DNA from: Camelus dromedarius
Lineage: Eukaryota
Assembly (NCBI RefSeq): GCF_036321535.1
Contig: NC_087437.1
Coordinates: 73,162,001-73,226,000, forward strand
DNA length: 64,000 nucleotides
Direction of reading: 5' to 3'
The notes beneath the pieces were generated by a model. It was not told where the DNA came from, did no database searches, and worked only from the letters and a program-made list of their open reading frames with translations. The position numbers and the translations under genes were made by a program. Below, piece after piece: positions 1 through 14,609 of the stretch (positions are counted from its first letter, which is position 1; every line of letters starts with the position of its first letter).

Positions 1-949
1 GTGGTGTTTTGTTTTGCTGTTAACAGCAGCGTTCTTTTTTTTCTTTCAAATGAATTCTTATGTGCTACCACTTTATAAATGAATATATATAAATAAAAGC
101 TCGGATGTTCTGGCCTGGGATCAAGGTACAGAGAATTAGGGCCTCCAGGCTCTTTGTTGGCTTCTGGTGGGTGAGTCCAGAGGCACATGTGTGGGTCCAT
201 AAGGCTCTCAGGGGCAGTTTGAGAATCACTACATTACCTGTTAACAGAGTGTTGAAAAAAGAAAAAAGAACCTAACGTTGCAGGACCCTGTTGCACAATG
301 AGCTTTTACTAGCAGTGTTTCTCAGAGTGTGCACAAGAATTAAATAAATAGTTTGCACAAATGCAGATTCCTTTTCCTTAGTCCAGACCCAGTACTTGGG
401 GGAATTCTTAGCCAAAGATCTGGAAGACCTATTCATTGTCACCCCCCCCAAAAAACTCGTAGGCTCTCTTTATACGACGGCCGCTTGAAGGGTTCAGAAC
501 TCAGAGTTACATCATTCAGAAGATTTTTTTTAATGAAACCCACAACTTGGTTACAACCTGTCCCTGCTGTAGTGACCTGCTTCCTGCACTTGATCCTGAG
601 ATGATCAACAATGATGTCATCCAATGACAAATTTTCCTTGCTCATGTGAGTGACAGACTTCCTCCAGGATCTAATAAAAATGTTAAAAAAGCACAGGCAT
701 GCGAAAACTGTCACAATACAGAGTAAGGTAAAAAGATTTTGAAAAATTCAACATGCATTTTTTTCTCCCTTAATTATAGCTTTCATAGAATAGTTCACAG
801 AAATAAAAAGTCTCCAGCTTTGCCCTCCCAGACTCTCCTAGAAAGTTTATTAGACTCTGGGAGTGCAGTTCAAGAATCTGCATTTTCATGAGCTCCAGGG
901 GTGATTCTCTGGCCTACTGAAACTACAGAGCCAGCAGTCTAAGACCTGG

Positions 950-1262
950 CTGCTTTGAGTGTGGCCCACAGAACTACAGAGCGGGCGTCCCTTGGAAACT
1001 CGGTGGAGATGTGGCATCTTGGGCCCCACTTCAGACTTGCTGAATCAGAATGTACCCTCCAACAAAGGGGCCCCGGGTGACTCTAATGTGCAGCAAAGTT
1101 TGAGAACCACTGGTTCACAATCTTGCTACTCGAAGTGTGGTCCTGGGTGCTTCTTCGAATTGCAGACTCTTAGGTTCTACCACAGACCTGACAAATCAGA
1201 ATCTGTATTTTAACAATATTTCCCAGGGAGCTTATAGGTACATTAAAGTGCAAGAGGTACTG
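950..1262. mobile_element. Adjacent MER5-type (hAT-Charlie) non-autonomous DNA transposon relics; further similar fragments at ~305-430 and ~850-910
   Basis: Typical MER5 motifs: cccacttcagacttgctgaatcagaat, caaagtttgagaaccactg, tgctactcgaagtgtggtcc, aatcagaatctgtattttaac. Family assigned from remembered consensus. Confidence 0.7.
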
Positions 1263-2940
1263 GTCTCGAAGAGGCCAGGTGGGCCCCTCGGTCGCAGTTG
1301 GGAGGGAGAGACGAGCGGGAAGCCAGAAGCACGCTCTCAGCAGCACACCTGGCGCGCGCAGGCTCAGGTATGGAACGCAACAAAGGCTGCCCTTCCACAG
1401 CGGAGTGGCCGCTTTCGTTGCTTCTTGCTTGCCTGGTCCTCATCACATCACGGCCTGGTAAGGGGGTGGGTACAGAATGATGCTTCATTTGGCTGTTTAA
1501 GCAAGAATGTTAATATTCACTATTGATTAAAAACCATGAATTAATTGCCTGTGACTTCCAGGCAGTGGGAAGAAGACACTGTCCCCCCCTAGGGGACACT
1601 GCCAGGCCTCACCCACTCCCACGTCAGTAGGCTGGCCTGTGCCCGTCACCTGCCTCTGCCTCCTCTCTGCTCCTAGAGCCCACTATGAATGTAGATAATG
1701 AGCCCAGTGTGGCCACCTGGGTGAGGCCATCCCTAATCAGCTGGAGCGCGGCTGTGCCACATCTCACCGCGCCTGCAAGGACCCGTCACCAGTTGATCTT
1801 CTACATTTCTCTCACCTGATGTCAGGATTCCCCCAGCGGCCACTCCCTGGGTGTGATCCATGACTCCGCGGGAAGGAGCAGGAGCACTTGACCTGGGGGG
1901 CTGCCTCCGACTGCTCACCCCCATGACCCCTTTGACAGAACCTCTGAACCACTCAGGCCCCTGCGTCCTTCAGAAGACAGCCTCCGGCATCCATGCTGCC
2001 TTGGGGTTAAAAGGGAAAGGGGGTCCCCCAGATCCTCATGGATTTTCAGCAACCGTGGTTAGAAAGGGCTTCGTGTCCTCGCCATGTCTGCAATGCTGCG
2101 GTGCGGTCAGCCGGTCCTCACACCACTCTGCTCCCTCTGGGGCATGCTCTTTGTGCTCAGGAGTCAGTAAGGAGAAGTGTGTGTCTCCTTCCCGATACTC
2201 ATGTCCTTTCACAGCGGGGCGGGGTGAAGGTGTCCGGGTGGCACTGAGCTCATGTCTTGCGGAACAGCAACGCTGCCCACAGGAGCTCCTCCAGAGAGCT
2301 TTCCAGCACTGCAGTGTGGAAACCACCAAGTCAAGCCATGCTGTGCACTGCCCGTGGAAATTCAGCTTCCTTCACTGAGCCAGCGCAAGTTGGATTTTCT
2401 GTGTTTTGTGGCGTTGATATTGCTGCTGATTCGAGAGAGAATTTGAAGCATCCTGCTCTTATACCTCTACTGCTCTTCTCACACTTCACCCACACCTCCT
2501 CTGAGTGCCACATCACAGCTCTGGGACACTCCCTCAGTGTGGACAGATGTGGTGACTTGCTAAACTGTTTTCACATTTTCCAAGAAGTTTCTAAAAGCTT
2601 GGATGATCCATCTCACAGAGATCTGACTAACTGTACTCTGGGAAGAGTCTAAACTGGTTTGTTTCTGAAACATACCCAAATCTTTTCTGTAGATAACCAT
2701 GTAGTCACCATTTGGAAGTCACCAAATTCCTAGATGCCACATCTAGGATGCAGACATCCCTATATGGAGGCTGAAAGCTGTACAAGTCGAACTTCTCAAG
2801 TCCTTTCTAACACCAAGACCTATGAATCTGTGAATTTCTCTCTTTTTGCCTGATCTCACCCCCTTTTCAGCAAAGTAATCCATAAAGACTCCCCACTGGC
2901 AGAGGAATACACGCACTGTAACCTTGGCTGCAGTTTTATT

Positions 2941-2950
2941 GTGACGTCAC
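2941..2950. promoter_or_regulatory. Perfect palindromic CRE (CREB/ATF/CREM-type site)
   Basis: gtgacgtcac contains the full TGACGTCA with an intact CpG in CpG-poor DNA. Function unproven. Confidence 0.3.
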
Positions 2951-3964
2951 TCACTCCCACTCACTTTGGAAGATCAGACACAAAGGGTCCTACAGGTGGA
3001 ATGTTCACTTTTTCTCAGTGAAAGATTTCCATGTTCCCCTGCATGTGTGTTCTGATTCCTGTCTTCTCCATTTTTATCAACTGGTTCTTTTTAACCATCT
3101 ACTGAAATGTGACTTTATGCCCTTTTTATTCTTTTATTTATTTATGTGTTCATTCTTTCAACAAATGCTCATGGAATGTTTTATATGTCAGGCGCTGTGC
3201 TAGGTACAACGGATTAATGGAGCTCACAGTTAAAAACCTCACACAATGCATAACCACAGACTGGAATAAGGACCCTGAAGGAGAAGAACACCATCCCAGC
3301 TGGGCTGTCACTGCAGAACCTGACGGTGCCGCTGTGTGTGTGATGTCACGCTGCACGAGGAAAGCTGAGCTCTAAGAGTCACAGGCACAACTGGACGAAC
3401 CAGACAAAATTCCCCGTCAAAATCTTGTCCTGTATCCTGTCACACTGTGGATCACTCTCCAGACAGGATAGCTAATTAGTGCTTGGTGAAGACAGCTGAA
3501 CTCATGTGCTAGGAAGCAGGCACCATCTTCTTCCTGGTCTCTTTGCAGGCGTACTAATTAATTGTATTGTCACTGCATCAAGCCTTGCCTGACAGCTGTC
3601 AAGATTCTGTGAACTCTAGGAACAAAGTAACATGACAGATAGCTCAGAAGCACTACAGAAGCAAGCCCCAAGACAGAATCATCTCCTACAAACACAATTC
3701 CTGCACTCCTCATTTCCAGTGGCCTGGGCAGGTCTCAAACTTAATCAGTGGTAGCTCAGGTTTAGAACAGACTGTAAAGAGAGGCCTTTCCAACCTCATT
3801 CCCCTTTGGCACCTTAATAGAGAAGATAAAGGCAAGGAAGCTTGTTAGAGGGAAATGACATAAACGACAAGGGCAGAGAGCTCCAAGGGCAAGGACTGTG
3901 CAGCAGGGTAGTGCCGCCTCTTCCTTCCCATTGACGCGTTTGGCCGGTTCGATCTGTTCACTCA

Positions 3965-4505
3965 TCGTACATCTTTCAGTTGTAAGTACTGAAGCCCACC
4001 CAATTCAAATCTGCTATTTCAAAATGGTAATTTATTGGCTCACACATTAGAAAAGTCCAGGAGTGGGTCTAGTTCCAATCAAAGGCCAAAATGATGTAAG
4101 TCAGACCGAGCTTCTAGCTTTCTTCTGCCCTTTATCTCTACCTTCCCCTGCACTGGCTTCACTCACAGACAGGCTTTGTCCACACAGTGGCATCCAGTAG
4201 ATGCAGACTTAGATCTTCTAAGAGCAAAGAGTTTTTTTCTCCACCTCGATAATTCCCAAAAACCCTAGGGCAGGAGTCTCTGACTCCGTTGGTCATGTTT
4301 CCATCCCTAATAATCGAGGTGGACAAGGTTTTACCCAGTTTCACTTAGACTATATGGTCTTTCCTGGAGCCTGTAGTCAGTCCCAGAATACTATACTCCA
4401 TAGCTGAGAGCGATGTGGAGAGATTCTCAAAAGGAAAACCAGGGAGTTATTAACAGAAAAGGAAATGGAGCTGGACATGCAAAAACAGCACATGCCCTCT
4501 ACTCT
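3965..4505 (-). mobile_element. Old MaLR (MLT1-type) LTR relic
   Basis: Degenerate MLT1-like motifs (aatttattggctcacacattagaaaagtccagg ... ggaaaaccagggagttattaacagaaaagg). Boundaries approximate. Confidence 0.4.
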
Positions 4506-6079
4506 GTGCTAATAATGTCGGGGCTTACAATAGAGGGAGGGTTTTGCAGGGAAGAACAAGAGGATTTTCCAAGTAAATGAAAAAAGAATCAGGTTGCTCA
4601 TCTGGAAAAACCAATAAAGTTCTCTGGCAAAATTTGTGACTTAGCATAAGATCATCAAAATTATATCAGACAAGGTCCTGGGAGGAATATTGTGGAAGAC
4701 AAATAACATTATTCTCAAATGGAAGGAAAATGGGATAACCTCATTAGACTTTTCTAATTCTCATTTCACAATGACTCACACTCAGTAAACACTCAATAAA
4801 TATTTTTATTTGATTTCTGTGATTTGATACTCAGAGTGAAAATTAATCTCCATGTAATTATAAGAGAACTAATTAACTCAACAGAGTTATTGCCAAGGTG
4901 CCTAATCGATAAAACCTGCAGGTGTCCTGTCAATTAGGTTGGGAAACTAATGAGCACACATTTTGTTCTCCATTTACTGTGCCAACATAAAATTTCTCCC
5001 AGCCTTTATTTTGTTGTTGTTTTCATAGAAGGAAAAACACTACAGACACAGACAGTCTTACCAGGACTTACCCCGAGTTTCTAAGTAGGCTTGTACCAAA
5101 GATCACCCCAGAAACATGTTTATGACCAGGACTGGATGACGTGAACAAATCCCCCACAGTCAAGTTTCCTCCCCGCAAAGTTAACTACTTAAGCACATGA
5201 ACAAAATCAACTGGCTCAGCCACACTGGGTCCTACCACAAGGACCTGATGAGACTCTACATACGAAGAGGCCGGAACAGAATTCAACCTCAAAAATAGTT
5301 GCTGTACATACATTTATATTTTTCAAACTCTTCATAAAGGTTAGTATTGATAAACATTTTCAGGATTTCTAAAATCATCCCTGAGTCCACATATTAAATC
5401 TATAATCCAGTAGGTCAAAGATGTTTTGAGTATTTCTCTGTGTTTAGAAAAAAAGGACTTAATACATGAAAGTCTTAGTTGTCAAGTAGAATTAGATTAG
5501 CCCTTGATGACGTCTAACCGCTTTGAAAAGTGCACTACATATATGTGCACATGTACACACACACAAATATGTATATATGAAGTCCTTATGTCACATATCT
5601 AGTACTGAATACAAATTTATTTCACTCACTCTTATCTTTTTGTAATAAGAAAGGAAAAAAATCAATTGAAACACACAAACACAAAATTACTCACATTTAC
5701 TCTGGAAAGGAGGACAATGACTCTTCATTGGTCCTAACCTATCATTTTTATTTAAAATTCAGTGTGGGCAAGCAAAGAGCAGAAAATTGATCTTGGGTGA
5801 GCTATTCTGTTAAGGAGAACATAATAATGGACATCATGGTTATTAAAGGCAAGACACAGCACTTAGCTTAGAGTGGAGACAGAGGCAGGGCAATGAAAAG
5901 ACAGGGAAGTTACCACTTTTCCTTTGATGTTCTGAATTTGGGACTTGGGAGCTCCCCTGGCCTAGAAAAAAGAGAGGATGATGGAGAAGGTGGCTAAGTA
6001 CAAAGCAAGTGAGATCTGGCAACTTGCCTGCAGCCGTGTGAAAGGGGAGAGACGGCCAGTCAAAGCCCCCTGCCGTGGC

Positions 6080-6466
6080 CACGGTGATGCTCCAGCATCC
6101 TGGTCCCCTGAGGAGTCAGACTTACACTCCCAGCTGTGGGCTTGCAGCTGACAACACACCCAGCGGCCAGCCGTCTTTGAAAATAGCCTAGACTGAGGAG
6201 CACCACCTCCCCTGTGACACCTTTCTGAAGCAACTCACCTCCAGTGACACAGCAGTCTAAAGGCCTGTCCTTTCTGCCCCAACTTGAGATAACTCTGAAG
6301 GGCCATCCCAGATTGAGTTCTCCACGGAGTCATCTGAAGCCTTCTCCCTCTGCCTAACCCTGCGTCCATGCCGTCCCTTCCACAGGTTTTGATCCCAGGA
6401 GCATGCCCACCCTGGACACTAATCTTTGTCTTAGATTCTGCTTCCTGAGGACTCCCATCTGCAACA
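6080..6466 (+). mobile_element. ERVL solo LTR, LTR16-like
   Basis: The 3' end tcttagattctgcttcctgaggactcccatctgcaaca and internal gataactctgaagggccatcccag resemble the LTR16 consensus. Confidence 0.55.
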
Positions 6467-8721
6467 TCTCCCTGTGGTGGGGTTGGATGAATAATTTATA
6501 CAATGGTAATATTGATATTTAATTTTAAGTGATTTCTTAACTGTAATTTCAACTCATTATTCCCAGTTCTTCAGGAGAAGCATTATACACAAGATCTCTG
6601 TGATAGTCTCAGGCCTTGGGGAACAAAGAACACGGGTGTCTCTCCCTACTTGGGCCAAAAAGATAAAACCGCTGATGTACCAGTGGTGACCTGAAACGGG
6701 CTGGGAGGAGCAGTTCAGAGTAAAAGGTGACAGACTGTTGACAGACTGGGAGAATATAAGTACCGTCCCACATTGCCTTCCTGGGGGAAACCACCAGACT
6801 TCTCAAGGGTAGGTGGAATGGAGGACTGAACTGCTCTATGTAGATATTAAAGAAAGCGGTGGCCCCCAGGGAGGAAGGAGATGCTATCCTTCGTAAATGA
6901 AGGTGGTATTGTTGATCCTTACAGGTGGGCCTACACCAAGTTGGTTTTCCAGCCATTCTTACAGGTTCGTATTGTCATTCCCACCTTGCTCAAGAACATA
7001 ACCTGGGGACACTCTATGAGAGTCTCCCATGGTAACAACACCCCAAAATGGGGTTCATTAACATAAACTGCTAACCAAGTTGACTAATACCATTTTGCTT
7101 ATTTCTAAACCACTGAAAAAATAATTTCTTAAAAATACAGATTTAATGAAATAGATCTTCCCGTGTTGTTTTTTCTTCAGCCTCTCCCTTCGCCTCAAAA
7201 AAGGTGTTTTCAGACTCAAGACATTTGGGAAGTTAGCTCCAGAAAAGCCCCAGGCCTAAATAATTTTTTGTCAGTCTTCCCGCCTTCTGAAACTGTAGAT
7301 TGGTTTACCTCGAATTGCATCTACCGTTATTCACATCGTGGAGCCTTAAATAAACTGGGAAAACAGTACTGATATCAGGAATTTCAATGAACGCTCCTGG
7401 TGACATAGCCTGAGCTCTAGTTATAAGGTTAATCTGTAATTAAATTTGTTCATTTTGTCTCCTTGAAGCTGGCGAAACGTAAATTCTGGCAGGTGCAGGC
7501 AGTTCCTACCTTTGTAACTGACAAATCCTGGGCTCTCACCAGCAAACGTCCCCACGGGGTCACAGGCAAAGCTGACCTGTGACGCACTGGACAATGACAA
7601 AAATATTTTGTCAGTGTTTTGTAAGGGCTAGCCTCGGAGTCTTACACTGTGCGCTACACAGAAATGTTCCCAGGAATCAATTATTTTAAAGTTACACTAC
7701 TCCAGTTACTGGCTAAAAGTTCCTCCTATGCCTTATTATCCATGCTTCTCTCTCTTTTTTGTCCATCCTTCAGTGTCTGTTCCTGATCTGATGGGCCAGC
7801 TTGGAACTTCTCCATGACCGCTCACATCCAGCCCTCAGGGAAACCTCTCCCTCTGGTCTTCTCTCTCTTCTCCTCCAACCTCATGGCCCATTGTTTGTTT
7901 AACCCTGTTGCTTCTCTACCCTCTTTCAATATCCTGCCTGCCCTTACACTCAGCCTGCACCCAGGTTGTAAGAGGGGGACAGTGGGGAGCGCTGAGAAAA
8001 GGCCTCACTGTGTCTGATGTAACCTCAGGATGGAATACCTAAGACAAAACTGTCCCGCTGCCAAGACACACTTTTCCTTTGCGCTAACCCAAGTTGTTGT
8101 TGAATAGTGTCTCCTTCCCTGCCTTGAATTACATCACCAAAGGCCCATGTCAGTTAACCTAGCTAAGTATATGCCAGGCTTAGGAGAAGGAAAAAAAAAA
8201 TCCAGCTCACTGCATGAAGAGAATGTGTTTTAAAGGGTTTTCAGGCCACAGATTTATGAAGTCTGCTACATAATTTATAATACAGTTTCAACAGGAAAAA
8301 TGCAACCACAGTGTGAAACAACTGATTTACACACAAACTTTTGAAATTTAAGCCTGTGAAGTGCCTGTAGCTCTAACAGAATCTGTCATTGCTCTGGGAA
8401 ACTACACCGTTGACTGCACTGTGTCGATGAGGGAGGTAGAACAGTTAGGCTGGAAAGCAGCAGAGCCCTATTGATGGAACGAAGGGAGGGATGTAGCAAA
8501 TAATAAGGAAAACTTCACAAGAGCAGTCAATGTATTTGGTTAAGTGACACAGATTGCTTAGTGCTACAGACTCATTTTATAAAACAAATCAGAAATTGAA
8601 CTGGCTTTTTCAGTACAAATAAATCATGGGTTGATGGGTTAATATTCACTGTGCTAAGACCCTTATTTTCAGAAAGTGTCATTCTATTCAGTTTTCATAT
8701 TTTTATTAACTCTTGAGATTG

Positions 8722-8850
8722 ACTGAATGGATGGGTGGATAGAGAGATAGGTAGATAAATATGATGGATGGATGGATGGATGGATGGATGGATGGATGGA
8801 TGGATGAATGGATGGATGGACGGACAGATAGACAGGATAGGTAGACAGAC
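8722..8850. repeat. (GGAT)n / (GATA/GACA)n microsatellite
   Basis: Directly visible tandem tetranucleotide repeat. Confidence 0.95.
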
Positions 8851-11800
8851 AAATATCTTGGTGCAGGTGCACATGGATTACATCCTGCCTCCCTAAGGCA
8901 GCCTGTGGTTTTGATCCTACTCCTGCCCAGAAGCTGTTCTCAGCACTTTGCTGCAACTTCACTCCCAAATTCTTCCTCCCCAAACCTACAAATCCAGTTC
9001 TATGAACCTAAAATCAAAGTAGGTTTTACTTCTGTAAGAAGAAGGGAAGGTTCCCTTCTCTGTTTTCCTCCTAACTCTCCTCTCCAACTCCACACAGCAC
9101 TGCCAGCCCCACGTCGCTCTGATTTACCCCCCTCCTGGGGGCCCCCTCTTCACACCACCACCAACATTGCATTTCCACCCAAGCTGAGAAATGTAATTTC
9201 TTCGGCTTCAAATTGTATTCTCACATACTACCTTGTTTAGCAAAATAAAGGAGCATCCTTGGGAGGAATCTATTTGCCATGAAAGGCACATGGGTTGTAA
9301 ATAACAGTTCTTGTTAAAATTCAAGTCAAACCCACATGGAAGGAGTAACACTAGGAAGTCAAGCGACCTCCACAACAATTCATCTGGCCAGGCAGGGTAT
9401 TTTTAGACAGACAAAATTTAAGATAAGAAGCTCTTGCTACTGGGGAACCAAAGGTGTTAGAAAGGGCTTTCCTGGAGCTGCCCTCCAAGTGCACCAGAGA
9501 CAGACAATCATCAGAACTCATTTAAAGTCTTAGGGAGTGTGGACAGCCTCATTTTCCAAATTCTAAGATAATATTAATACTGTAGAACATATACAGATAA
9601 GGGTTACTAAGCTGTATTGTGATTTATTAAAATGAAATAACCTCAGCAAAAGAATAACCTTCTATTATGACCTCCTGGTTACAGTAAGGATAAAAAAGTG
9701 ATGTCATTACTAACCTGCACAAAGATAGTTGAATGACAATAAATGCTACCTGCATCGAAGTTTAAACAACCACCTCATTATACTCCAGCAGTCAGGTTGT
9801 CCAGACTGGTCTTCCACAAATATTTCTATTCATGCTTTCCCCTTTCCCATGATATTTTCACCTTAAAATTAGGAAAATAGAGATTCTGTGATTACTTGGA
9901 CCCAACTTTGCAAGTAATTTTGGCTTCCAACAAGGGAGGTTCTGCAATTTGAAGTGCCTCTGTGCATAAATTGGTCTGTGCCTGAGATAAACAGCTACGG
10001 TAGGTCAGTAGTTAGAGACATGATTTCCTAGAAATTAAGCAGCATCCTTTATTTACAGGATTACTCCCCCTTGTGGGCTTCGGGAAAGATTTAGCTCATC
10101 CTGGCCTGGGAGAAGGAGGACAGGGCAGCGCTGAAGCCCTGACAGGTGTGTCTCGGGCTTTCCTCGCTGTCATGGAGCACCACACCCCAACAGCCCGGAG
10201 TGGAAGATGGGAAACAGCTGAGAGAGAAAGGAAGAAAAATACAACCGAACAGGAACAGAGAAGTGAATCCCGGGTCTCCCTCCTCTTAATCCAGATGCTA
10301 ACCAAGTGCTCTGTTTTATCTTAAGAAGTTCTCCCCGAGGGAAGTGTTTTGCCTACAACTGTGAAACGGACTGATGCCCTCAATACCCTGGGGGAATCTT
10401 TCCTGGCCCTAAACTTGCTGTTACAGAGCAGAGGGGAAAGGTACCCAGGAAGGGAAATTTTCAAAGAAAATATTTTTCTTGGTTTTCTTTTCAAAGTGCA
10501 GGGGTGCAGGGAGTCAGAACATTAGTAAACGTGCTATCTGTATGTTCCATATACAAAGAACGTGGATGTGTGAGGAAGGAGGGATCCAGATTCTTCAAAA
10601 GGGTCTGTAGACAACCTGAAAAACATTGATCCAAATCTTTTTTTTGTTCTAGGTCACAGCATTGTCAGCTGGATCCACCAGACCCAGTGGATGATTCCTC
10701 TCCTCGCTTCCTCCTCTCCCAACGTCGGAAACTTTAGGAACAGATATTCTTCCAGGAGCCCAGCAAAATACTGTGTACTTCATAAAAGTGAACCCCCAAA
10801 TTAAAATGTCAACGCATACATGCTTTTCTGCAAAGATGGGCAGCTTTGCTAACAGTGCATCTAGATCATTCTGATGATTTTCCATGGGACAAAGATGATG
10901 AAACAAAACATCACTGAACTGTAGAGGCTCACAGTTTTCCCTCAATCTCTCCACCATTCTCACCTCACTCCTGCCATTTCCCCACACACACTCCTCAAAG
11001 AAAATTGTCTGGTATTGCCTGCTAAGCCTCCAGCTCCCTTCTCTGCTCCTAGTGGACAAAGAACAAGATCTACAAGCAATCCAGAAAAAGGAAAACCACA
11101 CCCAAGGGACACTGCAGTGCAGGGAGATGTGATGGGCCGGGGCAGTTTTGGAAAGACACGGTGATAAGAGAGGAAGTTCACAGGATAAGATGACTGAGAT
11201 GGGATGGCACCAAAGAGAAAGTTCTGGACTAGGAGAGAAGAGGGCCTCTGCGAGACAGGAATGCTAGAGAAAGGGAGAGGACAAGAGAGTTAAGAAGAGC
11301 TGTCATAGGCCATATATATAAAAAACCCTTTAAATGTTTTCAAGAGATATGGCTAAAGACTGGAATGTCTTTATGGACTGCTGTGTTCCTTTAAAAGCCA
11401 TAAGCTCCATTCTGGTCATGAGGGCCTTGGATTTATAATCATAACACAAATATAAAATGAGAACCCTCCATGTATGTCTCTCTTTCTCTTAGATTGCCAG
11501 AAATCCATTACTCTGGTTGGTGCCCTGGTTTAAACTGCTTAGTGCTACTACAAAAGCATTCACATGTGCCCAACTGTTCAGAGACTTTTTCTGGCATGTG
11601 TCAGAATGGTAAACTGCTGTTTTTCACTGACTTCGAATAATTTATATTTTTATTTAATAATGGAAATTTTGGAAGGAAAAACAAGTTCACATGACCATGT
11701 CAGTGGATAGAAACTGACTTACAGAAAGCCCCTTGTAAAGAGAGACATGCAAAATACGCTTCAATCTGCCACACGCCAGGGCCTAGGAGGTGAGAATCAA

Positions 11801-12589
11801 TAAATAACTCTCCCTTTTCCCCATCCAAGTTCAAAACCATTGAGAAATGGAACAGGAGTCAGGTAGGTGGAGTTTAAACGGCAGGCCCTTCGTTGATTAT
11901 AAAGTTACTGGGAGGATATGGCTTAGTGTGAGGACCAGCTGGACTTACTAGTCCTTTTCCTTCCCCCCAGCCCCCTCCAAGTCTTGTCCTGGCATCCAAG
12001 GGAAACGTGAATCTTAGATTAGTCACACTTGCTCAGATTTCTGCTTCACACTGGGACTGGGGAAGGAGGAGGGGGACTAAGTCCCCATTATATATGGATT
12101 TTAATGTGTTCTCTTCCTCCATCTGAGGCACGTAACCCTGTGTCACCTGTTAGCCAGGCACTTAGCTCCACCACCTTGGGAAGGAGTGACAGGCATTTGG
12201 GAAAGGACTAGAAGTGTTTCTCTAGAGGAGCTTATTACATGGAATCCGGAAAAGTAGGGGAGATGCATTCTGCCATATCATTAAGCATTAAAAAGAGATC
12301 TTTAACTTTTCTTATTTTTTTTAACCGGAGCATCTGTTGGCCTACTCCTCTCATTCTGCGTAATACAACGTCACAAATTTTAAACTCAATAGACCAGTGG
12401 GAGGGAATTTGTAATGTATGGAAAAGGAGAAAAAAGTCCTTTTATTAATTAAAATATCAAAGTGTGAGTACCAGCACCTGTTTTGGTTTTGTTTGTTTGT
12501 TTTACAAAAGAAAACATTTGGGTTTTAAACAAAGGTAATATAGAAGAGTTTGGAAAACCAAGGTTTATTTCAGTCTTTCTTAAAAAGTA

Positions 12590-12750
12590 GGCCGTGGTTC
12601 TTCATGGACCTTCATCAGAATTGCTTGAAAAGTATGTTAAAAATACAAGTTTGGGGACCTCACCCCACACCTATTGAATTAGAATCTTTTGAGACGTGGT
12701 TGGGAAATTTGCGTAGAACAACTCTGAGTAATTGAAATGCACACTGAAGA
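12590..12750. mobile_element. MER5-type DNA transposon relic
   Basis: catcagaattgcttgaaa...ttaaaaatacaagtttggggacctcaccccacacctattgaattagaatc. Confidence 0.6.
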
Positions 12751-14334
12751 TAGGAAATCTTCATCTTCTGGCCACAGGGCAGCACGGACCAGGTATTATA
12801 GCTGTATTTGACCCATGTCATAGCACAAAGTTAGCCTTAGTTTTCCTGAGGAGCTAAACTCTCCTCTTATATTAGGCAACAAGTCTTAGTGATAAAGAAA
12901 AACTGAAAAATATAAACTAGAAATCAGGATGCAGTGCAAACTGTATGCTCTGTGTAGTAAAGCAAGAGAAAGTAAGGAGTTTGGGTTAGATTGCAAAGCG
13001 GGTCTGTTGCCAGCTCACACTTCAATAATTCTTTTCATTCATATCCAGAAAATGTGTCTAAATCCACAATTCTCTGTTCATGCTCATATGATTTTGATTA
13101 AGTTTCAGTGCCACTTAGCTACGTTATCAGTTTGTACAGATTGGCTGGAGTGCTTAATATCCCACTTGAAAATCCTTTAACCAGATTAGAAGCCCCTGGG
13201 TCTGCACACTGAAAATGATTTTCCAGAAAGGATCTGCAGTAATTGGTGATTAGTGGGGTTTCTGGAACAAGTGTTTCACAGTCTAAGAATGCTAATCCAC
13301 AAATGCATTAATTGTATTAGATGTGTGTAGGTAAGAAGTAAAAAGGTCTACTAAGTGGGAAAATTACTAAACTGTTCTAGCTCATTGGGAAAAATGGTGT
13401 CAACATCTACTTGTCTCTAAGGCATAATATAGACAAATTAATTCCTATGTTTGAGTCAATGAATTATGAATAAACATCACTGACTGTGGATTTCCACCAA
13501 AATAGGTGTATGAATCTTTTTTTGATATATTTAAAATAGTTTGAGATTTAGAATTATTTTGAAAATAAATTTATAAAATATAAAATGCAAAAAAAAAAAA
13601 GAAAGAAAACTGTAATCATTCCATGAATTAGACTGTCTGTCCATTCCTGGAGACCTAAGGAACTCTCCCAGATTTTAGTTGGCAATGCAGAGTGCCACAT
13701 CGTATACCTCCAGATTTCTGTGCTTCCTAAAATATGGGATCCTAGAAAGAAATTTGATTAATGCACTGTGTTCTAGTATTCTAACACAAGTTACACAGCA
13801 TCCCAACTGACAGAATCCTTTTCAGACAGTTTTCAGAAATGGAAATTTAGATATTATCACTATATATTCTATACGATTTAGGTATATGAAACAAGTCTTA
13901 CTAATATTTGTTCTTCTCACAGAACTAAACATGACTCCATAAACTGCTCAAAAGATGTTCCTAGAACTGAGTCATCTACTCCAGAAAGTGTCAGCTGAGG
14001 GACTGGCACATCCCACTGAAGACACTTTTTTTTTTCCCCCAAGGTGCACAACCTCCTTTATCCCATCCCCTAAAGATAATGAGTAACCATCTCCTCCCCA
14101 CTTACTGAGAATCACTCTCAGAAAGGATCTCTGTAATGTCACTCAGCTCTGCTGAACAAGGCAACAAGCTCAGCACCATGGATCCGGCCCAACCACATAT
14201 TATAAGGAAGCAAGACCATTTAGGCTAGGACTGTTAGGTAACTTAGGTTAAGGCTGTAGAACTAATATTAGTTTCAATACCATGTCACAGTCAGATACAT
14301 GCTAAAATGTATTAAAATGCTTTGAAAATGAGTC

Positions 14335-14580
14335 ATGGGAATGTAACGTACAACATGGTGATTATAGTTAATGACACTTTATTGCATATTTGAGAGTTGC
14401 TAAGAGAGTAGATAGGTGGTTAAAGTGCTTATTACAAGAAAAAATTTTGTAATTAGGTACAGTGATGGATGTCAGATTTATTGTGGTGATCATATCACAA
14501 TACACACACATAACAAACCATTATGTTCTATACCTGAAATGAATATAATGTCACATGTCAATTACACCTCAACAAAAAAT
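14335..14580 (+). mobile_element. LINE-1 3' UTR fragment
   Basis: gtacaacatggtgattatagttaat...tatacctgaaatgaatataatgtcacatgtcaattacacctcaacaaaaaa is a typical L1M 3' end. Confidence 0.75.
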
Positions 14581-14609
14581 ATCTTGGAAGTGACACCTAG
14601 AAGTAGAAA

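Noticed and set aside
1137..2652. Overlapping 129-172 aa ORFs in a GC-richer segment
   Set aside because: No recognisable domain, partly derived from MER5 sequence, and no convincing exon structure. Expected by chance in GC-rich DNA.
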